Shown piece after piece: positions 1-9,782 of a stretch of 64,000 bases of DNA. How positions within the stretch are numbered: the stretch's first letter is position 1; every line of letters begins with the position of its first letter. The translations under genes and the position numbers were made by a program. The DNA comes from an uncultured delta proteobacterium (GTDB lineage Bacteria; Myxococcota_A; Polyangia; Polyangiales; Polyangiaceae), in NCBI GenBank assembly GCA_963716725.1, contig CAVQUB010000021.1:320001-384000 (forward strand). Direction: 5' to 3'. The notes beneath the pieces are model-generated. The model was not told the DNA's origin. It worked only from the letters and a program-made list of their open reading frames with translations, and made no database searches.

Positions 1-1
1 C

Positions 2-331
2 AAATTCCAGCAGTTTCTCAAGGACAACCAGCTCGACTCGCGTCGCCTCCTGAACGCCTCCAAGCGCCTCGAGCGGCTCCGCCGCGAGGACCGCGCTGCC
101 CGCCTGGCAAAGCGCCAGGGAGCGAAGCGCGAGGGCGGCCCGAAACCCGAGGAGGGCGCTGAGAAGCCCGCGAAGCGGCGTTCGGGACGCCCGGTGAGCC
201 CCCGGCTCTTGGCCCAGGCCATGGCCGGCAAGGCCGTCAGCGGCGCCGCCAAGACCCGTTTGCTCCGCGCGGTGAACCAGCTCCTCACGCAAAAGAAGAA
301 AGATCCCGCAGACCTGCGCAAGCTGTTCTGA
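2..331 (+). CDS. 5'-partial small basic hypothetical protein (Lys/Arg-rich)
   Basis: Manual translation of frame 2 is open from the window edge to TGA at 329-331 (KFQQFLKDNQLDSRRLL...KTRLLRAVNQLLTQKKKDPADLRKLF); GC3-rich codons; not in the ORF track because the start lies outside the window. Confidence 0.75.
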   Translation, partial: KFQQFLKDNQLDSRRLLNASKRLERLRREDRAARLAKRQGAKREGGPKPEEGAEKPAKRRSGRPVSPRLLAQAMAGKAVSGAAKTRLLRAVNQLLTQKKKDPADLRKLF

Positions 332-395
332 TTCGGATGCGATCGGCGGGGGCCTCGATGAAAGTCCTGCGGCAGCGGCGCATCCAACTCCCTCG

Positions 396-1118
396 ATGCC
401 CGCTGCAGCCCTGCCGATGGCCCAATCATGGCCCGGCGTCGTCGTGCCGCCCTCCCTCCTCGTCCCAGCGGCGGGGGAGCGGCCAGTCCCGCTCGCCGTC
501 AGACTGACGCCACGCACCATGGAGCCGGACGAGTCAGAACAGCTCGTGGCGCGCTGCCAGGCCGGCGACCGGAGCGCGTTCAAGGAGCTCTTCGTCAAGC
601 ATCGCACCGACGTCGCGCGACTCGTGCAGCGCATGACGGGCCCCGGTGCCGACGTCGACGACCTGGTGCAGGAGGTCTTCTTCCAGGTCCACCGCAGCGT
701 GAAGGACTTCCGCCGCCAGGCACGCTTCTCCACCTGGCTGTATCGAGTCACCGTGAACGTCGTCCTCATGCAGCGCCGCTCGGCGAAGAGCCGCCCGGTG
801 CTGGTCGAGACGCCCGAGACCCTCTCCCCGGCTGCGCACGGACTGGCCCCGGACGAGGACGCGGCGCGGCGTGCTCGAGTTCACGCCTTCGGGCGCTTGC
901 TCGACCAGATCTCCGAGAAGAAGCGCAGCGTGTTCGTTCTGCACGAGCTTCAAGGGCTGTCCGCCGCCGAGATCTCGGAAATCGTGGATGCACCCGTGCT
1001 GACGGTTCGTACTCGCCTGTTTTATGCGAGGAAGGAGCTCGCCGAGCTCCTGCGCTCGGAGCCCAGCTTGGCATCACTCGCGGATGAACTCGGCCTCAGC
1101 CGGGACGGAGCACAATGA
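396..1118 (+). CDS. ECF RNA polymerase sigma-70 factor (true start may be ATG 519)
   Basis: Region 2 motifs (DDLVQEVF, FSTWLYRVTVN) and region 4 HTH (LHELQGLSAAEISEIV..TVRTRLFYAR); 4-nt overlap with the downstream FecR gene. Confidence 0.92.
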   Translation: MPAAALPMAQSWPGVVVPPSLLVPAAGERPVPLAVRLTPRTMEPDESEQLVARCQAGDRSAFKELFVKHRTDVARLVQRMTGPGADVDDLVQEVFFQVHRSVKDFRRQARFSTWLYRVTVNVVLMQRRSAKSRPVLVETPETLSPAAHGLAPDEDAARRARVHAFGRLLDQISEKKRSVFVLHELQGLSAAEISEIVDAPVLTVRTRLFYARKELAELLRSEPSLASLADELGLSRDGAQ

Positions 1119-2185
1119 CCGACCACAGCGGAGACGATCGAGCCCTGGATCAGGTCATCACGGAGCTGCGCGACGCGCCCGGCCCCGACCTCGACTGGGA
1201 TCGGATGGAGCGGCAGCTGATGTCACGGGTCGACGCAGATCAGCGCGCGGCATCGTCCAAGCTCTCGCCGCGAGTCGTTGCGATTCTCGCCGCCGCCGCC
1301 GCCGTACTGCTCGTGCTGGGCGTTGGCCTATTGCGCTCGGGGCGAGACCAACAGGCGAGGCTGCCTTCGTCCACCGCGCCCGCCGCGCGAGTATTCGGAC
1401 CCGGTGTCGCGAGTGTCGACGGTTCGCAGCTCGTCAGCGGCGATCGCGTGGTGGCGGCCCAGCGAGCGCTGGTGGTGGATCACCCGGGGCGCGCCCAGTG
1501 GACGCTCGAGACCGGCAGCCAGGCCACGGTCGAAGCGGTGGGCGCAGTGCTCCGCCTCCGGCTCACTGCCGGCGCAATTTCGGCGAAGGTCGTACCGAGC
1601 GAGCAGCCGGAGACCTTCGTGATCGAGGTCGATGAGGTCCGGGTCGCCGTCCACGGCACCGAGTTCCGTGTCGTGCGCACGACGGAGGGTGTGGACGTGT
1701 CGGTCTCCGAGGGCGTCGTCGCCGTTGGAGGCCAAAGCCAGAAGCCGAGCTTCTTCTTGCGCGCGCGGGACTCCGGCAGGTTCAGCAAGCTCGGATCCAG
1801 CGGACAGGTGGTGCGCGGAGCCGAGGCGGCCCTCGAACCCACGGCTGCGGACCCCAAGCCGGCGGCGAGCGCCGCGAGCAAGCCGTCGCTCCCCGCGGCC
1901 GCATCCAACGTGGCGGTGAACAAAGCGCTCGATCAAATCGGCGCCGCGGTCGCACGCTGCTTCTCCCGCGACGGCGCTCCGGGCGAGGTCGGAGTTCAGG
2001 TGCGCACGCAGGCCAGCATCGCGTTCGGCGCCAACGGCAAGCTCCACACGATGAGCTTCGAGCCGCCGCTCGCTCCAGGTGTGATGGAGTGCGTGCAGCA
2101 CGACACGGCCAAGATCAACGTCCCGGAGAGCGCGCACGGCGGCGCCGCGCAGCGTTCGCTCTTGCTCGTTCGCGACCCGGGGTGA
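1115..2185 (+). CDS. FecR-domain membrane anti-sigma factor
   Basis: N-terminal cytoplasmic segment, one TM helix, FecR motif (VAVHGTEFRV..VSVSEGVVAV); ATGA overlap with the ECF sigma gene. Confidence 0.85.
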   Translation: MTDHSGDDRALDQVITELRDAPGPDLDWDRMERQLMSRVDADQRAASSKLSPRVVAILAAAAAVLLVLGVGLLRSGRDQQARLPSSTAPAARVFGPGVASVDGSQLVSGDRVVAAQRALVVDHPGRAQWTLETGSQATVEAVGAVLRLRLTAGAISAKVVPSEQPETFVIEVDEVRVAVHGTEFRVVRTTEGVDVSVSEGVVAVGGQSQKPSFFLRARDSGRFSKLGSSGQVVRGAEAALEPTAADPKPAASAASKPSLPAAASNVAVNKALDQIGAAVARCFSRDGAPGEVGVQVRTQASIAFGANGKLHTMSFEPPLAPGVMECVQHDTAKINVPESAHGGAAQRSLLLVRDPG

Positions 2186-2188
2186 GCG

Positions 2189-2587
2189 TCACTCGCGCCG
2201 CAGTACGATGGCTCGCTCGTCGGAGAGCATCCAGCGGATGCTGTGCTCCGAGTCGAGCTTCAAACGCATCTTGTCCTTCGAACCGTCCTTGCGCATGACG
2301 GCCAGTTCGACGGCGTTCTCCCTCACGGTCGCGACCTTGTAGCTGGCCGTGCGCGGATCCTCGGCGGGGATCGCTACCGTGATTGTGGCGCCGGAGAACT
2401 CGAAGCTGGCCCCCTTGGCCCATCCCGTTGCGATCGCGACGTGGCCGTCGTCGAAGTTCTCGACGCTGTCGCCGACCCAGCGGCCTTCGAGCTTGTTCTG
2501 AACCGGGTGACCGCAGGCTGTCAGGCCCGCGATCGCCCCCACCCCCACCAAGAAGCCTCCAAGGGCACGAATCGACGGCAGCGGCAT
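2189..2587 (-). CDS. hypothetical lipoprotein
   Basis: Hydrophobic signal with lipobox LTAC; LEGRW lipocalin-like start; coding-like codon usage. Confidence 0.75.
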   Translation of the reverse strand: MPLPSIRALGGFLVGVGAIAGLTACGHPVQNKLEGRWVGDSVENFDDGHVAIATGWAKGASFEFSGATITVAIPAEDPRTASYKVATVRENAVELAVMRKDGSKDKMRLKLDSEHSIRWMLSDERAIVLRRE

Positions 2588-2678
2588 GACCGAAATGGTA
2601 CCGAACCCACCTACATTGGCCTACATTTTAGCAAACGCCGCTGCTGTTGCCTTGGGCAGGTGAGAAGGAGGCCGAATA

Positions 2679-3338
2679 ATGCCGCCCATGGCTGCTGAGC
2701 CCAGGATGACGGTGACCCAGGTCCGAAACCTGGTCGAGGGGACTTGGGACGAGGTCACCCGTTGGTTCTCCGCCAAACCGGGCATCTTCACCTTGCCCCA
2801 CCCAGAGCAGCAGTTGCTCTTCGAGTACGCCGACCGCCTGCGTCGAGCTGTGCGGCACGTGGTCGGGGATCACGCATGGGATCGCATGTACTTCGACGCC
2901 ACGACGGTCACCCACGAGCGCGCGCTGGTGCCGCTGGACGAGCGCCGGGCTCCAATCTTCATCGACACCCGGAAGATTTTCGGCATCCCCAGCCCCGCGC
3001 CACGGGACGACACGGCGCCGGATCTGGCGATCGCGATCCAGGTTCTGAGGACCGCGCCCGCGCAGCTCGATCTCGACGACGACGCTCGCCTGCGGCGACC
3101 CGGCTTCACGCCGACCGCGCTGCATCTCCAAGGCTGGCTCCTCGAACAACACGTTCTGCACCTGGAGCGGCTCTCGCAAAGCGCGTGCGACGGGTTCCTG
3201 TTCGTCGTCTACAGCAATGACGCGCGGCGCCGCTCTGCCGTGGATCTGCGGGAGGTCGCTTCGTGGGCTTCGTGGCAGCGACCGAGTGAGACGCTGTGGT
3301 GGGCGACGCGCCATTTCCGCGCGCGATCCCGGGTCTGA
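2679..3338 (+). CDS. hypothetical protein
   Basis: 219-aa ORF with normal composition; GAAGGAGG RBS upstream; fills the gap between neighbouring genes. Confidence 0.65.
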   Translation: MPPMAAEPRMTVTQVRNLVEGTWDEVTRWFSAKPGIFTLPHPEQQLLFEYADRLRRAVRHVVGDHAWDRMYFDATTVTHERALVPLDERRAPIFIDTRKIFGIPSPAPRDDTAPDLAIAIQVLRTAPAQLDLDDDARLRRPGFTPTALHLQGWLLEQHVLHLERLSQSACDGFLFVVYSNDARRRSAVDLREVASWASWQRPSETLWWATRHFRARSRV

Positions 3339-3342
3339 TGCG

Positions 3343-4323
3343 TCACTTGCAGCAGCGCACTCCCAGGCTGTAGTCGTAGTAAGCGCGCGGGTGAGCCGTG
3401 ACGCTGGCGTCACAACCCTCGCGAGTGCTGCGTGAGAAGAAGCCGCCCGAGAAACGACCCTTGGGCTCGTCGACCCACTCGTCCAAGTTGCCGACCATGT
3501 CGAAGATCGCGTCGCTACCCCACTCGCTCTTGCAGTCCGGGGTCTCTCCGGTCTTCATGAGCAAGGGCTTGCCCTTCGACTTCACCTTGAGCAGGCGCGG
3601 ATCGAGGTGGTTGATGCTGGGATTGCCGTGCAGGACCAGCGCCGGGTGCGACTCCCGAAAGACGTTGCAGCGCCCCTGCGCGTAGCGTTCACCGTAGGGG
3701 TACTTCCGATTCTTTTCGCCACGACAGGCGGTGACCCACTCCTCTTGGGTGCACAGTCGCTTGCCGGCGTTCTGACAGGACTTCGCGGCGGCGTCGCCGC
3801 TGACGAAGCCGTTGGGCACCACGCCGGGTTTCACCTCGGCACGCGGCTCGAACTCCTCCGCGAGCTGCCAGCTCGGCGGAGCGGGCACGGCCATCTCGCG
3901 AGACAGGGCGCTCTCGGACTCGAGACGCGCCCGCTGCCATTTGCCGTACTCGCGCCGCGACTGCATGCGCGCCGGATGATAGAAGGGTGATATCTCGCGA
4001 CCCCGTTCCCGATCCACCAACGTGGCTTCGAAGCGGTCGACGCAAAATCGGCCCTGAACATCCACCATCTCTTCGGGGCAACGCTTGGACGCAAAGCCCC
4101 AAGGCCCGGGCAAGACGCCCTGACCGGGGGAGCGCGGCGGGCCGAGATCGCCGCTGTCGGGAAGATAGAGCAGCTCGGGGGCGGGCTCGGGCGGCCTCGC
4201 CGAGGCGACTGAGACCGGGCCCGCGTCGTCGCGGGTCTCACGGCCCTCGGTGCGCGCGCAGGAAGCGAGCAGCAGCGCCCAGAGCGCGGTCTCGAGAACT
4301 CGTCGGGGTTGTGCGGGCGGCAT
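3343..4323 (-). CDS. SUMF1/formylglycine-generating-enzyme (FGE-sulfatase) domain lipoprotein
   Basis: FCVDRFEA, GKRLCTQEEW..AC, FDMVGNLDEW, GVRCC motifs; lipobox LASC. Confidence 0.88.
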   Translation of the reverse strand: MPPAQPRRVLETALWALLLASCARTEGRETRDDAGPVSVASARPPEPAPELLYLPDSGDLGPPRSPGQGVLPGPWGFASKRCPEEMVDVQGRFCVDRFEATLVDRERGREISPFYHPARMQSRREYGKWQRARLESESALSREMAVPAPPSWQLAEEFEPRAEVKPGVVPNGFVSGDAAAKSCQNAGKRLCTQEEWVTACRGEKNRKYPYGERYAQGRCNVFRESHPALVLHGNPSINHLDPRLLKVKSKGKPLLMKTGETPDCKSEWGSDAIFDMVGNLDEWVDEPKGRFSGGFFSRSTREGCDASVTAHPRAYYDYSLGVRCCK

Positions 4324-4333
4324 GCCGCCGCGC

Positions 4334-4555
4334 TCACTTCCCGCGGTAGACGATCAGGCCGTGGCTGAGATCGTAAGGGGACACGGCTACCCTCACGCGG
4401 TCGCCGGGCAACACGCGGATGTGGTGCCGGCGCATACGGCCCGAGAGCTGCGCCCGCACGACGGCGCCGCCTTGATCCACCCTGATGGTGTACTGGCCAC
4501 CGCCGAGAGCGTCTTGAATGACGCCCTCCATCTCCAACAGATCGCCTTTACTCAT
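4334..4555 (-). CDS. infA: translation initiation factor IF-1 (divergent paralog)
   Basis: 73 aa MSKGDLLEMEGVI...AQLSGRMRRHHIRVLPGDRVRVAVSPYDLSHGLIVYR; it is the C-terminal part of the 410-aa track ORF, with the real ATG at 4555. Confidence 0.92.
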   Translation of the reverse strand: MSKGDLLEMEGVIQDALGGGQYTIRVDQGGAVVRAQLSGRMRRHHIRVLPGDRVRVAVSPYDLSHGLIVYRGK

Positions 4556-4714
4556 GGATTCCGCGACACAAAAAGTGAGAAAGCGCGGGGAACCTGACAC
4601 AAGGAGTCGGCCGACGCAAGCACCGTTCCCGCATCTGGAGAAAAGCCGCACCAGCCGAGTCTCGAATGCGCGCAGGGGGAGGACTTCACCACGTTTTGAG
4701 CTAGTTTTCGGCCG

Positions 4715-5398
4715 GTGTTTGCCGCGACGCTGTTCGACTACAACGGGGTGCTCGTCGACGACGAAGCCGTCCACCTCGCGGCGTTTCGCGCGACGCTCGA
4801 TCCGCGTGGCATCGCGGTGGACGAGAGCACCTATTGGGAGCGCTACATCGGATTTGACGACGTCGGGGCGTTCCGAGCAATGCTGATCGATGCTGGGCGC
4901 GAGGCTCCCGACGCCCTTGTCGCCGAGCTGGTCGAGGCCAAGCGCCCCCTCTATATGCAGCGAGCGAGCGCCGGGTTGAAGCTCTTCGACGGTGCTGCGG
5001 AGAAGCTTCGCTCCTGCTCGCTTCGGGGTGCGGTGGGCGTCGTGAGTGGAGCGCTGCGCGACGAGATCGAGCTGGGGCTCGTTCTGCTCGGTGTGCGCGA
5101 CCTCGTGAGCTTCGTCGTCTCGGCGGAAGACACGAGCCGCTGCAAGCCCGACCCCGAGGGCTACGAGAAGGGCTTGGCGCTGCTCGGGGGTATCCCGCGC
5201 GATCAAGTGGTCGTGATCGAGGACTCCGTCGCGGGGGTCCGCGCGGCCAAGGCCGCGAACCTGGCGTGCGTCGGCGTTGCGCACAGCTACCCCGCGGCGG
5301 CTCTCAGCGAGGCCGGTGCCGATCTGGTCAGCTCGAATATCGCCGAGCTGAGCGACGAAGCTCTGGCGGCCCTCGCCGGGAGGCTGAGGCGTGCGTGA
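4715..5398 (+). CDS. HAD-family hydrolase/phosphatase (beta-PGM/CbbY-like)
   Basis: Motif I FDYNGVLVD, motif II VVSG, KPDPEGY, VIEDS..GVRAA. Confidence 0.88.
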   Translation: MFAATLFDYNGVLVDDEAVHLAAFRATLDPRGIAVDESTYWERYIGFDDVGAFRAMLIDAGREAPDALVAELVEAKRPLYMQRASAGLKLFDGAAEKLRSCSLRGAVGVVSGALRDEIELGLVLLGVRDLVSFVVSAEDTSRCKPDPEGYEKGLALLGGIPRDQVVVIEDSVAGVRAAKAANLACVGVAHSYPAAALSEAGADLVSSNIAELSDEALAALAGRLRRA

Positions 5399-6557
5399 AC
5401 TCTCGCTGCTGCTCGCGATGGTCTGCTCGGCGAGCATCGCTGGAGCCACGACGCCGGTCGACCGCGCGGAGCTCCCGCCGCGCGCCACCGGCTGGCAAGA
5501 GAGCGGGCTCGGCACGGTGCGCGGGGTGACCATTGGCCCCATCGAGAGCGCGCTGCATCCGGACAAGGGCTACGGCAGCCCCGCCTGCGCGGAGTCGCTG
5601 TCCGAGGCGCGCCGGATGGGCGCCAACTGGGTCAGCCTCACCCCCTTTGGGCGCGTTTGGGATCTGGCACCGAGCGGCGTTTCACCGGCCTTCGAGCGCG
5701 AGTACTCCGAGAATCGAGCCGCGGTTCGCCGCGCCATCGAGCAGGCCCAAGCCGAAGGCCTACGCGTGCTGTTGGTACCGCACCTGTGGGTGGAAACGGG
5801 CGGCTGGCGCGCGTTGATCGATCCCGGCGACGATGCGCGCTGGGCCATCTGGGCCGCGAGCTACCGCGAGTTCTTGCTGGGTTGGGCCAAGCTGGCGGCG
5901 GAGACCGGGGTCGACATGCTGTCCGTGGGCGTCGAGCTCCGGAGCTGGCTCACCACCTCGCGCGCGCCAAGCTTCTCCGCGATCATCCGGGACGTCCGCG
6001 CCGTCTACCCCGGCCTCCTGACCTACGCCGCCAATTGGGACGACGCGGACCGCACCGTGATCCTCGGTGAGCTCGACGTGATCGGTATCAATGCCTTCTT
6101 CCCACTGGCGCAGAAGGAAGGCGCGACGCGGGCGGAGTTGATGCAGGGCGGACGCGACGTCGCCACCCGGCTCAGCGCCCTGGCCAAGAGCTGGCAGAAG
6201 CCGGTGATGTTCACCGAGTTCGGCTACACCACCCGGCCGAACCCGGCCATCAAACCCTGGGAGTGGCCGGACGGGATGAGCAACGTCGTGGTGGATGAGC
6301 TGGCTCAGGCCGAGGCCTACTACGCGCTCCTGTCGGCCTTCGTCGATCAGCCGACCTTCGCCGGCTTCTTCGTCTGGCGTACGTACGCAGATCCCAACGA
6401 CATGTCGCAGGAGGCCGAGTGGGGCTTCTCGCCCCGCGGGAAGGTCGCGGAGTTGGTGCTCCGCGACGCCTTCGCCGCGCATTGGGCAGGTGACGGCCCG
6501 CGCGCCCTCGCGACCTCGACGGTTCGCCTGGGCGCCTTCGAAATCGGGCGCTACTGA
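5391..6557 (+). CDS. glycoside hydrolase family 113-like secreted protein
   Basis: Signal peptide; LVPHLW, SVGVEL, LTYAANWD, IGINAFFPL, VMFTEFGY motifs of the GH113 TIM barrel. Confidence 0.8.
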   Translation: MRELSLLLAMVCSASIAGATTPVDRAELPPRATGWQESGLGTVRGVTIGPIESALHPDKGYGSPACAESLSEARRMGANWVSLTPFGRVWDLAPSGVSPAFEREYSENRAAVRRAIEQAQAEGLRVLLVPHLWVETGGWRALIDPGDDARWAIWAASYREFLLGWAKLAAETGVDMLSVGVELRSWLTTSRAPSFSAIIRDVRAVYPGLLTYAANWDDADRTVILGELDVIGINAFFPLAQKEGATRAELMQGGRDVATRLSALAKSWQKPVMFTEFGYTTRPNPAIKPWEWPDGMSNVVVDELAQAEAYYALLSAFVDQPTFAGFFVWRTYADPNDMSQEAEWGFSPRGKVAELVLRDAFAAHWAGDGPRALATSTVRLGAFEIGRY

Positions 6558-6567
6558 AGCGAGCCGC

Positions 6568-7274
6568 TCAGGGCGCCGAGGTGAACTTGGCGCTGCGCCG
6601 CTGACCGGCCTTGATGGTGCTCTCGCTGTCGAGGGCTGTGTCGACGATCCCGATCGCTTGCGCCACATCACGATCTCGAGATCGCAGGGCTCGGGGTTCG
6701 AGCCGCCGGTGGACTCGAGCTTGCCCTTCTCGATGGTGAAGCTGCCGGAGTCGCCGGGGATGTCGAAGTCCTTGTCGAAGATGCACTTCCCGCTGACCTC
6801 CATCGTCATGTCGTCGCCGTTGGTGGCCGCGTCCCAGGTCACGACCACGTCTTCAGTGGCTCGCGAGGGGCTGTTGGTCGGCAGCGCACCGATGGTGAAG
6901 GGCGCGGGCATCTTGACGACGTTGCCGAGCGCGTCGTCGTCATCGGCGCGGTCGAGCATGACCTTGAACTCGGTGTCCGCGGCGTTGGTCGCGAAGTTCA
7001 CGGTGTAGACGCCCTCGGACTCGGCGTGCATGTCCTTCTTCTCGCCGCCGACCTCGGTCACGAGCTTGTCGCCGTTTTCGAGAATGATGTAGGTGTTGCT
7101 CTCGTCGCCGCCGACGCGGAGCTTCGCCTCGACCTCCGAGGCGGCGCCACCGGCGGTGACCATGACGGTCGCGGCGATGCCCTTGGTTCGGATGTTGGAG
7201 GACGAAACGGTTTCTTTTTGCTGGCAACCCGTGGCTGCCGCGAGTGCTGCTAGGGCAATCAAAGCGATCTTCAT
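6568..7274 (-). CDS. hypothetical lipoprotein, apparent 1-nt frameshift at ~6650
   Basis: MKIALIALAALAAATGC lipobox start at 7274; coding-like sequence switches frame at the CCC run 6649-6651 and ends IVDTALDSESTIKAGQRRSAKFTSAP at 6568. Confidence 0.75.
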
Positions 7275-7453
7275 CAGAGCCTCCCGATGGCGGACTCTAA
7301 CAGCAACAAGCAGACCAAGCGCCAATTTGGCACTCTTGCGCCGCCACCTTGCACTTGGGCAGGGCAGCGCGATCGCGGGGGTGTGGCCGCCGTGCAACAC
7401 TTTCCGCCGCGGGGAGATTTGCGACTTGGCGGCGTATCAGGCGCCTTGTCCGC

Positions 7454-9718
7454 TCAGTACGCGCCCTGGCTCGCCCGCAGTCCCTTGGGGATCTCGAGAG
7501 CTAGCGGAGGGATGGCGTCGTCGCCACCGGACAGATACGCGTAGCGCGCCATGTTGCCGATGACGCGGCTCACGTAGACGCGCGTCTCTTCGTAGGGGAT
7601 GCGTGCAACGAACACGTCGAGGGGCAGCTTCTCGCCCGTCTCGAGCCAGCGGCTGACGGCGCTGGGTCCGGCGTTGTAGGCGGCCGCACCCAGCGCGACG
7701 TTGCCGCCGAAGGTGCCGAGCACTTTGGAGAGGTAGAAGCTGCCGAGCCGGATGTTGTATGCGGGGCTCGCCAAGAGGAGGGGCTCGAAGGCGAGCTCGA
7801 GCTCCTTCGCCACGTTCTTCGCCGTCGGCGGAATGAGCTGCAGGAGGCCAACGGCTTTCGCGGGGGACACGACCGCCGGAGCAAACGCGCTCTCCTGGCG
7901 CATGACCGCGTAGATCAAATCGCTCGGCAGGCCCCACTTCTGCTCGGCGCTGCGGACCAAGCTGGGATAGGGCCTCGGATAGATGCAGTCCCAGAGCCAA
8001 CGTGTGTCAGGAGCCGGCGCGCGATTGAGATCCGCGGGGCGAGCGGCACGCTGACCGACTCGGTAGCGGCGAGCCGCCGGACCGAGCTCGCCGTACATGC
8101 GGCAGAGCGCTTCATCCCCACGCGGCGCGTGCTGCCGCCGAATCGCCTCTTCGTGACCGCTGAGCTCGCGCTCGGCGTCCAGGTCGAAGCCCAGCGAGTG
8201 CATCAGCCGCACCTTGGCCGGAAGTTCGATGGCGATGTCGGAGCGCACGGGCCCGAGCTTGGGCGGCTCGATGGGCGCGGGCTTGGGCTGGCCCAGCCCT
8301 TCGAGGCGCGTTGCTGCCGCGAGGGCAGCGAAGGACAGCGGGCGCTCTTCGACCACCTGGCGGTACACCTTGGCGGCTGCGGCCTTCTTGCCTGCGCCCT
8401 CGAGGGCGACACCGCTGAGTTCGCGCAAGCTGGCGGCCTCGTGCTCTTTGGTCTCGCCGTCCGCGAGCGCGCTCAGGGACTTGGCGGCCCTGTCGTGTTG
8501 ACCCGAGGCAAGGAGCGCCACGGCCTGCTCGTAGTGCACCTGACGTGAGAAGCGACCGTCCTTGGCGTGGCGCGAGGCGTACGCCGAGTACGCGCTGGCC
8601 GCTTCTTTCCAGCGCCCGCCGACGTAGAGCAGCCGCGCCGAGAGAAAACGGGACTGCTCGGCGAAAGCGCTGCGCTTGTAGCGGCGGGTGACCTCAGCGT
8701 AGACGGCGATGGCGCGGTCGTCCTGGTGCGCGCGAGACAGGGCCCGGGCCGAATGGAACAGGTCGTGCGCTGCGTGCTCGCCCCCCTGTCGCGATGCTTC
8801 GGCCAGCACCTCGGCGGCCCGGGAAAAGTCCCGAGCTTGGTACAGCGCCCAGCCACGAACGTGCAAGGTCTCCGCGCGGCTCACGCCAGGCCCGACCGCC
8901 TTGTCGATGGCCGCGATCTCGCGGTCGACGAGCTCGACCTTGCCCGCTCGCGCCATGGCCAAGGCGCGCTCGTATCGCTCGCGCTTGCCGAGCACACGCT
9001 GGGGGGCGAGCTTCTCGAGGCGCGCGTCCACGTCCGCGGCAAAGTCCGCAGCCGGAGCGAAGGTCGCGAGCCAACGCAGCTCGGTGGCCGCAACGTCTTT
9101 CGCTCCCTGCTTCTCCGCGATCCGGGACCGCGCGTGGCGCGCTTCGATCTCGTCGGGTGGAGGTCCGTTCTTCTTGCGCTTTGCCGCGCTCGCGAGCCCG
9201 ACGGCGCGATCGATGGCTTTCCGGGCGTCGTCGAGCTTGCCCGCGCTCTCCCACGCGACCGCCGCCCGGATCAACGACGCCGCCGTCTGCTTGCTCTCGA
9301 AGTGTCGAGCCGCCGCGTCGAAGGGACCGACCTTTGCTTCGGACTCCGCGCGCTCGTCGGCAATCTCGGTGGCCAGCACCGGGAGATCGCGTTCGAGTCC
9401 CTTCAGGAGTTTGGCCGCGGCCAAGTCGTCGCCCAGCTTACGTGCCACGCGGGCACGCGCGAACCGAACCTCCGGACGATCACGTTTGGGGCCGAGCGCA
9501 TCGATCAAGCGCGCCGCCGCTTCCCACTCGTGAGTCCGGATGGCTTCGGTCCATTCGCTGGCCTTCACCTCGGGCACCCCCACGCTCGAATCGAGCTCCG
9601 GGGGCGCCGCTTCGGGGACCGCCGGCGCCGCCTCCGAGGGAGTGGGCGGAGGCCCGGAACCCCGGGTGCACGCCGCGAGCAAGACCGCGAGCGCTGCGCT
9701 GAAACAGTGGCGCTCCAT
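7454..9718 (-). CDS. slt: soluble lytic murein transglycosylase (Slt70-like) with TPR region, lipoprotein
   Basis: Lipobox LAAC; helical TPR-like repeats; SLT motifs MRQESAF, AVGLLQL, AAYNAGP, IPYEETR. Confidence 0.92.
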   Translation of the reverse strand: MERHCFSAALAVLLAACTRGSGPPPTPSEAAPAVPEAAPPELDSSVGVPEVKASEWTEAIRTHEWEAAARLIDALGPKRDRPEVRFARARVARKLGDDLAAAKLLKGLERDLPVLATEIADERAESEAKVGPFDAAARHFESKQTAASLIRAAVAWESAGKLDDARKAIDRAVGLASAAKRKKNGPPPDEIEARHARSRIAEKQGAKDVAATELRWLATFAPAADFAADVDARLEKLAPQRVLGKRERYERALAMARAGKVELVDREIAAIDKAVGPGVSRAETLHVRGWALYQARDFSRAAEVLAEASRQGGEHAAHDLFHSARALSRAHQDDRAIAVYAEVTRRYKRSAFAEQSRFLSARLLYVGGRWKEAASAYSAYASRHAKDGRFSRQVHYEQAVALLASGQHDRAAKSLSALADGETKEHEAASLRELSGVALEGAGKKAAAAKVYRQVVEERPLSFAALAAATRLEGLGQPKPAPIEPPKLGPVRSDIAIELPAKVRLMHSLGFDLDAERELSGHEEAIRRQHAPRGDEALCRMYGELGPAARRYRVGQRAARPADLNRAPAPDTRWLWDCIYPRPYPSLVRSAEQKWGLPSDLIYAVMRQESAFAPAVVSPAKAVGLLQLIPPTAKNVAKELELAFEPLLLASPAYNIRLGSFYLSKVLGTFGGNVALGAAAYNAGPSAVSRWLETGEKLPLDVFVARIPYEETRVYVSRVIGNMARYAYLSGGDDAIPPLALEIPKGLRASQGAY

Positions 9719-9782
9719 GACCCGCTTTACCTAGCACGCTGGGCCCGATGGGCCGAAAAAGCGCCCACCACGGCGGGCTCGC

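Noticed and set aside
4715..4760. HAD motif I DxN instead of DxD as a novel feature
   Set aside because: The nucleophilic Asp is retained and, as I recall, DxNG variants occur in other HAD subgroups; too weak to flag.
4556..5566. 410-aa ORF suggesting IF-1 with a long N-terminal extension
   Set aside because: The extension is the antisense shadow of the HAD gene; IF-1 homology starts at ATG 4555.
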